Assembly: GCA_963702565.1 (NCBI GenBank)
Contig: CAVPDE010000023.1
Span: 52,601 to 116,600, forward strand
Direction of reading: 5' to 3'
DNA: 64,000 nt
Source: an uncultured delta proteobacterium
Lineage (GTDB): Bacteria; Desulfobacterota; DSM-4660; Desulfatiglandales; HGW-15
Part shown: in pieces, positions 46,809-55,328 of the stretch
Position numbering within the stretch: the first letter of the stretch is position 1
Layout of the letters: every line of letters starts with the position of its first letter
The notes under the pieces: generated by a model
Database searches by the model: none
What the model saw: only the letters and a program-made list of their open reading frames with translations
Told to the model about the DNA's origin: nothing
Program-made: the position numbers and the translations under genes

Positions 46809-47702
46809 TCACACCCTTTCTATTTCCTTGATGCCGAACAACCCATAGGGCTTGACTACAAGAACGAGCAATAGGATCAGGTATGGCGTGATCTGTTGCC
46901 AGGTTCCGCCGATATATCCTCCTACGATATTTTCCGCTATGCCTACGATGATGCCACCAAGAATCACGCCTTTAATGCTTTCAATGCCTCCCAGAACCAC
47001 GGCTGGAAGCGCCTTGAGCCCGAAGTTAGCCATGTTGGGTGTGGTGATGGTAAGCCCTGCCAGAACAATGCCTCCGAACACGGAAATGACCCCGGAGATG
47101 GACCAGGAATAGGAAAAAACCTTCGGGACATCTATGCCCATGATCATTGCCGAGGTCTGGTTGGTAGCGGTGGCCCGCATTGCAATTCCGAAACGGGAGA
47201 ACTTGTAAAAAAGGCTAAAGGCGATGACCAGAATCAGTGACAGACAGATGACGGCAATATCGCCGAAACTCAGAGAGACGTTAAAAAGTCTCACAGATTG
47301 CTTAAACATGGGCACGGTCAGTATCTGTTCTTCCTGCGTCCAGATAAGGCCCACCAGTCCTCGTATAGCGACACTCAATCCGACCGTGAGCATCACCACA
47401 GAGAAAATAGGCTCGCCAATCATCTGGCGGACAAAAAGTCGCTCTAGGATAGCACCCAGAAGGAAGGCCAGGAAAAGGGATATCGGAACGATCAGGAGAA
47501 ATGGGATTCCCAGGATCATGTTCAGCGTCAGAGTGAAGTACGCACCGAGCATCATCATTTCACCCTGCGCAAGGTTGAGGACCTTGGTGGATTTGAAAAT
47601 GATGACGAACCCCAAACCTACCAGAGAATACACACAGCCCATAGACATCCCGCTGACGATAAGCTGGCTTAAAAACTCAATTTGGGTCATCGATCTCTCC
47701 AT
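46809..47702 (-). CDS. livH: Branched-chain-amino-acid-type ABC permease
   Basis: ~295-aa polytopic LivH-like protein. Alternative ATG at 47690 has the better RBS. Confidence 0.85.
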   Translation of the reverse strand: MERSMTQIEFLSQLIVSGMSMGCVYSLVGLGFVIIFKSTKVLNLAQGEMMMLGAYFTLTLNMILGIPFLLIVPISLFLAFLLGAILERLFVRQMIGEPIFSVVMLTVGLSVAIRGLVGLIWTQEEQILTVPMFKQSVRLFNVSLSFGDIAVICLSLILVIAFSLFYKFSRFGIAMRATATNQTSAMIMGIDVPKVFSYSWSISGVISVFGGIVLAGLTITTPNMANFGLKALPAVVLGGIESIKGVILGGIIVGIAENIVGGYIGGTWQQITPYLILLLVLVVKPYGLFGIKEIERV

Positions 47703-49523
47703 CTACAGGTAAAGGGATTCAATGATCGCACTGTATTTATCCGTCACAAAGGACCGTCTAAGCTTGCGAGTCCGGGTGACCTCGGAGCTGTCGGCATCGA
47801 GTTCCTTTTTCAAAAGCTCGTATCTCTGAATACGGCCGGTCTCAGGAAGCTTCTGGTTTACCCGCTCCACACTCTGGCCGATCATTTCTATGACTTGGGG
47901 CTTTGAGGCCAAGTCCTGAAAGGTCGTATAGGGGATTCGTTTTCGCTGGGCCCAATTGCCCACGTTTTCCATGTCGATCTGGATTAGCGCCGCCACATAA
48001 GGCTTACTCTGCCCAACGACCACGGCTTCTTTGATGTAAGGGGAGAATTTGAGGCGGTTCTCGACGAGTTGCGGCGAAAACCGATAACCGTTTTCCAGTT
48101 GGATGATATCCTTCTGACGATCAATAACCACCAGATGGCCGTTTGCGTTAAAATATCCCTGATCACCGGTCTTCAACCACCCATCTGAGATGGCTTCCTT
48201 TGTGGCTGTATCGTCATTGAAATACCCCAGGAAGTGAGGGCTACGCACGAGGACTTCGTCGGTCTCCGATAGTTTTATTTCAATATCCGGCAAAGGTTTT
48301 CCCGTCGTCTCAGGATCGGCTTCCCCGGGTGGTTGGATACAGCAAACCCCGCCGACTTCTGTTTGCCCGTAGATTTGCCTCAGGTCTAATCCAATTCCGT
48401 GAAAGAAACTGTAGACCTCCGGCCCAAGGGCCGCGCCGCCAGTATACGCAAAACGGACCAACCTCAGTCCCAGCCGTTCGCGGATCTTACGAAAGAGAAA
48501 AAGGTCTCCCAGGAGATATTTGATTTTCATCCAAAACGGGACGGGCTTTCCTGAAAGCAGGCTGTTGGCGACACTTTCTCCGATAGGCATTAGGAGGTCA
48601 AAAACCGCTCTTTTCAGCCAGCTCGCGTTGTCGCGCTTGAGATAGACCGTGGTGCAGAAGCCTTCCCACACTCTAGGCGCGCAAATAAGAATTGAAGGAC
48701 AGATTTCTCGCATATTTTGAAAAACAACACTTAGTTCCATCGTTTCAGGGAAATTAACCTTGTAGCGTGCCTTCATGTGGAAGATCACAGAGAAGAATCT
48801 TTCCACGATCCATGGTAGAGGGAGGTAAGATACTTCCTCGTCGTCGGGACCATAGCTATCTAATTTCATGAGTGCTTCGGCCAACTTCAAAACACATTTA
48901 TGGCTGAGCATGACCGTCTTCGGATTTTTTGTGGTCCCCGAGGTAGTACACAGGAACGCAGTATCCTCAGGCTTAACCTGTGAAATGCTTTCCTCCAGTT
49001 CGGTGGGGCGCCCTGACAGACGTCGTCTCCCGGTCTCTTCCAGTTCCGAGTAACTAATGAGGATAGGGTGATCGTAGTCTTCCATTCCATCAGGTTCTAT
49101 GAAGATGCATTTCTGCAGAGTTGGAACCTTGTCTGCGATGTTTAAAATCTTATCTGCCTGTTCCTGATCTTCCACCACGATAAACTTGCCAGAGTTGTGA
49201 TTGAGGGCATATTCTAATTCTGGTTCAAGGCAATCTGCGTAAATACCGAGGGGAAATGCTCCGGCGCATTGGCATGCCACATCGACATACACCCACTCAG
49301 GCCTGTTCGAGGACAGAATGAGCACCACATCTCCCTTTTGAAGACCCATAGATTTAAGGCCATGGAAAACTGTCTCTACGTGATTCCGGTACCCGGCCCA
49401 AGTAGTTTCCTCCCAGATCCCGAAATTCTTGTACCTAAGGGCAACCTTCAGTCCACAATCTTTCACGGTAGATATAAAAATCCCTGGGAGGGTGGCTATT
49501 TCGTCCAAGTACTCTTCTGTCAT
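47703..49523 (-). CDS. AMP-dependent synthetase/ligase (long-chain acyl-CoA synthetase-like) embedded in the ABC operon
   Basis: AMP-binding signature TSGTTKNPKTVMLSH. 606 aa. ATGA overlap with livG. Confidence 0.85.
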   Translation of the reverse strand: MTEEYLDEIATLPGIFISTVKDCGLKVALRYKNFGIWEETTWAGYRNHVETVFHGLKSMGLQKGDVVLILSSNRPEWVYVDVACQCAGAFPLGIYADCLEPELEYALNHNSGKFIVVEDQEQADKILNIADKVPTLQKCIFIEPDGMEDYDHPILISYSELEETGRRRLSGRPTELEESISQVKPEDTAFLCTTSGTTKNPKTVMLSHKCVLKLAEALMKLDSYGPDDEEVSYLPLPWIVERFFSVIFHMKARYKVNFPETMELSVVFQNMREICPSILICAPRVWEGFCTTVYLKRDNASWLKRAVFDLLMPIGESVANSLLSGKPVPFWMKIKYLLGDLFLFRKIRERLGLRLVRFAYTGGAALGPEVYSFFHGIGLDLRQIYGQTEVGGVCCIQPPGEADPETTGKPLPDIEIKLSETDEVLVRSPHFLGYFNDDTATKEAISDGWLKTGDQGYFNANGHLVVIDRQKDIIQLENGYRFSPQLVENRLKFSPYIKEAVVVGQSKPYVAALIQIDMENVGNWAQRKRIPYTTFQDLASKPQVIEMIGQSVERVNQKLPETGRIQRYELLKKELDADSSEVTRTRKLRRSFVTDKYSAIIESLYL

Positions 49524-50290
49524 CCCTGCATCCTCTTGCTGCCCAAGTAAGCTTCGATCACGCGATGATCATTTTGAACGGTATCTGGTGATCCCTCAGC
49601 GATTTTCTCGCCATAACTCATGACCGTGACTCGGTCAGAGATATCCATGACCACGTTCATATCGTGCTCGACCAGGACGATGGGTATGTTCCAAATCCGC
49701 TTTATCCCGAGAATAAACCTCACGATGTCCTCTTTCTCCTCGAGGTTCATTCCGCTTGTGGGTTCATCGAGAAAGAGGATTTTCGGCTCCATGGCTAGTG
49801 CCCGCCCAAGTTCAACTTTCTTCTTCTGCCCATATGGCATGCTGCCCACGAGTTCCTTCCTGATGTCTTCCATCTCGAGAAAATCTATGATCTCCTCGAC
49901 TTTCCTCCTGTGGGCCACCTCCTCTCGTTTTGCCTTGCGATAGTACCAGGTTGCAGCCAAGGGGCCGTATCGGAAGTGGACGTGCCTACCCAAAAGGATA
50001 TTTTCCAGGGCAGTCAGGTTTCTGAACAATTCAATATTCTGGAAAAACCTTGCTATACCTAATTTGGCAATCTGGTGGGGCTTGAAATCATTGACCCTCA
50101 GTCCATCGATAGTAATATCGCCTACCTGAGGCTTATAAAATCCAAAGATACTGTTTATGACGCTAGTCTTCCCTGCTCCATTGGGTCCGATCAAGGCATA
50201 GATGCCGGCATCCTTGATATGAAAATCAAATTGATTGATGACTCTCAGACCTGAGAAACTCAAGGTGAGTCTGTCGATCTTTAATTCCAT
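49520..50290 (-). CDS. livG: ABC transporter ATP-binding protein (LivG-type)
   Basis: Walker A GPNGAGKTS, Walker B FLDEPTSG, H-loop VEHDM. Confidence 0.9.
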   Translation of the reverse strand: MELKIDRLTLSFSGLRVINQFDFHIKDAGIYALIGPNGAGKTSVINSIFGFYKPQVGDITIDGLRVNDFKPHQIAKLGIARFFQNIELFRNLTALENILLGRHVHFRYGPLAATWYYRKAKREEVAHRRKVEEIIDFLEMEDIRKELVGSMPYGQKKKVELGRALAMEPKILFLDEPTSGMNLEEKEDIVRFILGIKRIWNIPIVLVEHDMNVVMDISDRVTVMSYGEKIAEGSPDTVQNDHRVIEAYLGSKRMQG

Positions 50291-50299
50291 TGAATGCCC

Positions 50300-51109
50300 T
50301 TACGAGAACCAGTGTCTACGCTTCTTGTACGTCTTGACGCTTAAATAGCTTTTCCGGCGCCCGCTGGATGAAATGCCCAGGTAGAATTCCTTTACTTCCG
50401 GAGCTTCCTTAACGACAGCGGGGCTGCCATCCATCACGATACCCCCATTCTCCATGATATACACATAGTCGGCAGTGGCGAATGCAATGGAGGCGTTTTG
50501 CTCCACCACCAAAATGGATACTCCCTCGCCATTTCTGATGCTCTTGACAATATCAAAGATAGTTTCGACCATCAGGGGAGCCAACCCCAGCGAAGGCTCA
50601 TCAAGGATGAGAATCGTCGGCTTGCCCATCAGTGCGCGAGCGATAGCCAACATCTGCTGCTCGCCTCCCGACAGATACCCTGCTGTCTCCCGTTTTCTTT
50701 TCTTCAGAATGGGGAAGTAAGAGCAGACTTTTTCGTAGTCAGCGGCAAAAGTTGTTCCTGCTCTTGCAACATGTGCCCCGACCCGTATGTTCTCCTCTAC
50801 GGTCATATCCTCGAAAATCCCTCTTCCCTCCGGAACCATCATGATCCCCCGCTTCACCACCTCAGGGGTAGGTCTGGACACAATATTTTCGCCCCTCAGG
50901 CGTATGGATCCTTTTGTAACCCTCCCCTCGAGAGGTTTTAACACCCCCTTACCCATGACGCACCGGAGAGTGGTCGTCTTTCCCGCGCCATTCGTTCCTA
51001 AGAGCGCAAGGATTTGGTGCTCCTTCAGGCTAATGGACACGCCGCTGATCGCGAGTATGAACCTCTGGTAAGTACACTCGAGATTGTCTATTTCAAGGAG
51101 AGAGGACAA
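50300..51109 (-). CDS. livF: ABC transporter ATP-binding protein (LivF-type)
   Basis: Walker A GTNGAGKTT, signature LSGGEQQML, Walker B ILDEPSLG. TTG start lies 5 nt after GGGGGA. Confidence 0.9.
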   Translation of the reverse strand: MSSLLEIDNLECTYQRFILAISGVSISLKEHQILALLGTNGAGKTTTLRCVMGKGVLKPLEGRVTKGSIRLRGENIVSRPTPEVVKRGIMMVPEGRGIFEDMTVEENIRVGAHVARAGTTFAADYEKVCSYFPILKKRKRETAGYLSGGEQQMLAIARALMGKPTILILDEPSLGLAPLMVETIFDIVKSIRNGEGVSILVVEQNASIAFATADYVYIMENGGIVMDGSPAVVKEAPEVKEFYLGISSSGRRKSYLSVKTYKKRRHWFS

Positions 51110-51231
51110 AGTGTTCCCCCTTTAAATGAGAACATGTTGGGCCTGCTGATCAAGTTGCTGTTCGATTGCTCATACGCCACAAAGGAATCTACAAATAACC
51201 TTTAGGGAACCAAAACTGCAATTATTTTAGA

Positions 51232-51246
51232 GCAAAAGATGTGCCA
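51232..51246 (-). promoter_or_regulatory. Sigma-54 (-24/-12) promoter of the livF...abfD-like operon
   Basis: The minus strand reads TGGCAC-atctt-TTGCT, an exact match to the TGGCAC-N5-TTGCW consensus. It lies ~120 nt upstream of livF and faces away from the divergent sigma-54 activator gene. Confidence 0.65.
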
Positions 51247-51313
51247 TCTTTTGCGAAATTTATACCATGTGTTTTCAACATGTTATTCGACAAAAAATTC
51301 ACTTAGCAGAACT

Positions 51314-51353
51314 TTGCGCAAAATGTTATACATAACACTCAATATATTGCGCT
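51314..51353. promoter_or_regulatory. Candidate enhancer (UAS) dyads for the sigma-54 activator
   Basis: ttgcgcaa (51314-51321), tgttat-ac-ataaca (51324-51337), and gcgcaa...ttgcgc arms (51316-51321 / 51348-51353), 70-110 nt upstream of the -24 element. Confidence 0.3.
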
Positions 51354-51430
51354 TTATGTAAGTAGCAATTTTCTTAGATAGACGTGAAGTTAATCAACCG
51401 GGGACAAACGAAAAGACGGGAGACAATCTC

Positions 51431-51795
51431 ATGGAGAGTGATTTTATAGGCCGTTTCCAGCGGGACCGCGAATCCCATTTGCTCTCGTTATTGGGGCTTT
51501 TTGCTGCTAATTTTTATATTGACTGGTTGATCGATATTACCCAAATAAGGGCCTCAGAGCTTCTTTCTTTTCTGGAATCAAAGGTGAAGGAGGGATTGAT
51601 CATCGAAAAAGGGCCCAGGGGTCTACTGTTTCAAGAGTCCCAAGAAGAGGGATATCTGCTCAGGTCAGCTGGAAAAATCTGAAGCTGAGCAACTGCACTA
51701 CAAAATTTCCAAAACCATACTCAAAAACATTCCAGAAGACGACGCGGAAGTCTTGGAATTGTCCAGCCATCTTTTGCAAATCCCTAATGATGTGT
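51431..51795 (+). other. Possible disrupted N-terminal extension of the sigma-54 activator (two frame changes)
   Basis: ORF 51431-51682 (MESDFIGRF...) is followed by an open segment in the next frame (51600-51797: ...EKSEAEQLHYKISKTILKNIPEDDAEVLELSSHLLQIPNDV), which runs into the main ORF after one extra nt at 51795. Confidence 0.4.
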
Positions 51796-54630
51796 GAGAA
51801 CTGTCGCTGGCTGGTCAAAGCGGGTGATATAAAGCTGAAATCTTTCTTGCTCGAAGATTCAATTCAGCTCTTCACAAAAGTGCTCTATGATCTCCATGAT
51901 AAAACTAAGGAGGATGCGGATCGGTTATTTGTCGAAACCGTCTTGAAGTACTCGAAAATCTCTACTGCTAGGCATGATACCAAAAAGGTACTCTCTCTCC
52001 TTAATGAGGGAATGAGGAGGGCCAAACGATATGGGGATGAGACTGCTGTGGCGCTGCTGGAAATGCATGTGGCGAAAAACGAATGGCTTCGTTCCAGGTT
52101 CCGGAAGGCCCTCAAACATTTTGAACAAGGATGGGAATCAGCAAAAAAACTAAATGATAACAGATTGTTACGTTCAGCTCGGACATTCAGCACCTTCTTT
52201 CTTTACTGGCAGGGACGCTTTCAGGAAGCTGTTCGCAGCTACGAGAAATCAGTGCCTGATGTGGAGCGATATCCCAACGGGAGATACCCTCTATTAGCAT
52301 CATTGTTGGTGGGCTATTGCTATGGGCTCATCGGTCAGGTTAGCCAGGGATTGGGCATGCTTGACACCATCCGGAAGCATTGTCTTGAAAGGGGGGATCG
52401 TTACCTGGCAGCGTGGGGAGGATTCAATATGGGTGCCATCATGCTTGACACGGGTCGCCTGGAAGAGGCGATGAGATATCTTGAGCTGTCTATTGATGAG
52501 GCACATCAGGCGCGCAACGAATTCATCAGCATCGAAGGAAAGTTGATGCTGGCATTTGCGCATTACCTAAATCATGATTTTGGCCGTGCTGAGGCATATC
52601 TGAGAGAATTTAAGCGCCTGTCTAATCAAGTCAATGTGACCGTCCAACCTTACCCATACTTGTTGGAACTGTGTCGAGCAATCGAAGAGGGAAAGCTTCC
52701 AAAGATTCCTGGCTGCTCCCTTGAGGATGAAACACGCCGAATGATAAAGGACGGTAGTATTTTCATGAAGGGGGTGGCTTATAGGCACAAGGCATACATT
52801 GAGAGACGCGCCTCTCTGCAGCTGGGAGAGTGCGTGCGGTCCCTCAAATCATCGCTAAGGTTTCTTCACGAGTCCGGGCATCAAATCCAGACCGCTGAAA
52901 CGGAGATGGAGTTGGCCCGCCTATATTTACCGACGAACGTTGAGAAGGCAAAGAAGCTTATCAAGACTTCCAAAGCTATTTCCGCCTTGGGTGACCAAAT
53001 GCTACCGGAGGACATCAAATCGATCATGGCGCAGGAAAGGCAGGGCCAAAATCTGCTGAAAGAGATTTTAAAACTTGGGCAGGAAGCTGTAACTATACGA
53101 GATAACAAAGAATTGATGCAGCATATTTTTTCTGCTGTCAATCGGGTCACCGGCGCCGAACGGGGGGCTATTTTCCTTATCGATGGCACATCCCGAACCC
53201 CGAAATTCACCCTGAGGGCATCTAAGAATCTGACCTCTGATGAGATCAAGGCACCGAGCTTCGAATCCTCGATGAAAATGGTCCGCGAGGTGGCCTCCTC
53301 GGGTAAGGGGCAAATCCTGGACTCGGGAAATGCTGACCATGGTGGTTCATTATCCGGTAGCTTTATTCGGTCCAAAATCTCAGTTCCAATGATCCTCCGT
53401 GATAAGACCGTCGGTGTTTTGTACCATGATAATCGTCTTCTAAGCAGTGCTTTTCAGAAAACGGACCTTGAGCTGCTGGCTTATTTTGCTGCCATGGCGG
53501 CATTCGCCATGGACAATATTGAGGCATATGAAAAGATCAATAAGCTGAATGAAACGCTTAAGCAGGAAAAGCTCTACTATGAAGAACAGCATCTGGAAAG
53601 CATTCTTTTCGAAGACATTGTGGGAGAGAGTTCAGCAATTAAGAATGTGCTTTCTCAGGTCGGCAGGGTGGCCGATACGGATACAACTGTGCTTATTCTG
53701 GGAGAAACAGGTGTGGGAAAGGAGTTGGTCGCCCGTGCAATCCATAAAGCTAGTTCAAGGCGTGATAAACCCTTCATTCGCGTGCATTGCAGTGCACTTC
53801 CTGATTCCCTCATACCAAGTGAGCTCTTCGGGCACGAAAAAGGAGCTTTCACCGGCGCTATCAGCCGTCGAGCCGGACGGTTTGAACTCGCCAATGGAGG
53901 AACCCTTTTTCTCGACGAAGTTGGAGATCTTCCCGAGGAGATACAGGTGCGTCTGCTGCGGGTTTTGCAGACAAAGGAGTTCGAAAGAGTAGGGGGAACT
54001 GAAACCTTGCATTCTGATTTTCGCTTGATAGCCGCAACCAACCGTGATTTGGAAAAGAAGGTCCAGGCGAATAGCTTCAGACCTGACCTCTATTACCGCT
54101 TAAACGTTTTTCCGGTCCGGGTGCCGCCGCTTCGGGAAAGGAAAGATGATATCCCACTCCTAGTTGATTATTTCCTCAGTATTTACTCAACCAAACTGCG
54201 TAAGAAGGTTCAGAAAATTGAAGATAGCGAACTGGAGAGACTCATAAGGTATGACTGGCCTGGAAATATCAGGGAACTGCAGAATATCATTGAGAGAGGG
54301 ATCATTCTCTCCGCGAACAGCCGATTCGAGGTGCCTGAATTGTCGAATGACGCATGTTTAGGATATTCCCCTCCCGTCTCGACTGAACAGGTACATTCTC
54401 TGGCCGAAAGCGAGCGTAAACACATTATCCTTGCGCTCGAAAAGACAGGCTGGAAGATACGCGGATCAGGAGGTGCAGCTGAACTACTCAAAATCCATCC
54501 ATCTACACTGGCTTTTAGAATGAAAAAGCTCGGGATTAAGCGGCCTGTCGGCGTACCGAAAAGAAGAATTACTCCGCTTCTTCAGACCCGTGCAGGCCTG
54601 AGTTCGACTTGTCCGCGAGCAGGGTCGTGA
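51787..54630 (+). CDS. Sigma-54-dependent transcriptional activator: TPR-like N-region, GAF, AAA+, Fis-type HTH
   Basis: AAA+ core GETGVGKELVARAIH, GAFTGA motif in ELFGHEKGAFTGA, DEVGDL Walker B, C-terminal HTH AAELLKIHPSTLAFRMKKLGI. GAF-like region ~aa 430-590. Confidence 0.85.
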   Translation: MMCENCRWLVKAGDIKLKSFLLEDSIQLFTKVLYDLHDKTKEDADRLFVETVLKYSKISTARHDTKKVLSLLNEGMRRAKRYGDETAVALLEMHVAKNEWLRSRFRKALKHFEQGWESAKKLNDNRLLRSARTFSTFFLYWQGRFQEAVRSYEKSVPDVERYPNGRYPLLASLLVGYCYGLIGQVSQGLGMLDTIRKHCLERGDRYLAAWGGFNMGAIMLDTGRLEEAMRYLELSIDEAHQARNEFISIEGKLMLAFAHYLNHDFGRAEAYLREFKRLSNQVNVTVQPYPYLLELCRAIEEGKLPKIPGCSLEDETRRMIKDGSIFMKGVAYRHKAYIERRASLQLGECVRSLKSSLRFLHESGHQIQTAETEMELARLYLPTNVEKAKKLIKTSKAISALGDQMLPEDIKSIMAQERQGQNLLKEILKLGQEAVTIRDNKELMQHIFSAVNRVTGAERGAIFLIDGTSRTPKFTLRASKNLTSDEIKAPSFESSMKMVREVASSGKGQILDSGNADHGGSLSGSFIRSKISVPMILRDKTVGVLYHDNRLLSSAFQKTDLELLAYFAAMAAFAMDNIEAYEKINKLNETLKQEKLYYEEQHLESILFEDIVGESSAIKNVLSQVGRVADTDTTVLILGETGVGKELVARAIHKASSRRDKPFIRVHCSALPDSLIPSELFGHEKGAFTGAISRRAGRFELANGGTLFLDEVGDLPEEIQVRLLRVLQTKEFERVGGTETLHSDFRLIAATNRDLEKKVQANSFRPDLYYRLNVFPVRVPPLRERKDDIPLLVDYFLSIYSTKLRKKVQKIEDSELERLIRYDWPGNIRELQNIIERGIILSANSRFEVPELSNDACLGYSPPVSTEQVHSLAESERKHIILALEKTGWKIRGSGGAAELLKIHPSTLAFRMKKLGIKRPVGVPKRRITPLLQTRAGLSSTCPRAGS

Positions 54631-55328
54631 AAAGGCTCCTGCCCCCTCTTGATCAGGAGCGCGCTGCGGCGGGAAAAGCTATCAAGCCGAATCCATCTTC
54701 GTGCTGAGAGCCCTGTGATCACAGCAATAATGAAGGAGGGTAACCAGTACGAAACGTTAACTGCTAGTTGGGTGACAGAAGGAGAACTTTAGAGAATTGA
54801 AAATCGGGCAAGGAACGTGAGGTCAGTACAAATGATACTGTTCCGGGAGTGCAGACTTTAAGAACAACTGAGTAGCGACGCAGGAAGAATCTTCGGACCC
54901 AATCATAATCACATATAATATGACAATCCACAGCGAGACAAGGATTCTTCCGGGTGAAGAACAATGGTTCGAGTCAGGATTTAAAGGAGCAACGAGGTGT
55001 ATTCCTTGGAATACCTTGATGTTGGATCTGCAGTACAGGCTTTAGAATCAAGTCTAAACGCTTTTGAGAGGAGCGCCCCAAAGGATTTACATCTTCGGAG
55101 ACTGCGTCAAACCAGTAAAGAAATCGCTTGAATCGGACTATCCCCACCCATAGGGGGGGCTTTTCGCCCGATTCATTGCTACGCAACCGCGATTTCAGTA
55201 AAAAACCATGAGGGCATAGCCAATGGACATACCCCCAAAGGGGGTGGGTTTCTACTTCGAGCTAAAAGCCATCGACGCAGTCTCAAGAGCTTGTGTTATA
55301 GCCACTCGGACTTGATATAGAGCATCAT

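Noticed and set aside
51241-51255. Plus-strand reading of the dyad at the sigma-54 site ('gtgccatcttttgcg') as a second, divergent sigma-54 promoter for the activator gene
   Set aside because: The plus strand lacks the invariant GG of the -24 element (TGCCAT instead of TGGCAC). Only the minus-strand reading fits the consensus.
54955-54975. tRNA-like T-loop string 'ggttcgagtc'
   Set aside because: The flanking bases cannot form a T-stem or an acceptor stem, and no cloverleaf can be drawn. No tRNA called anywhere in the window.
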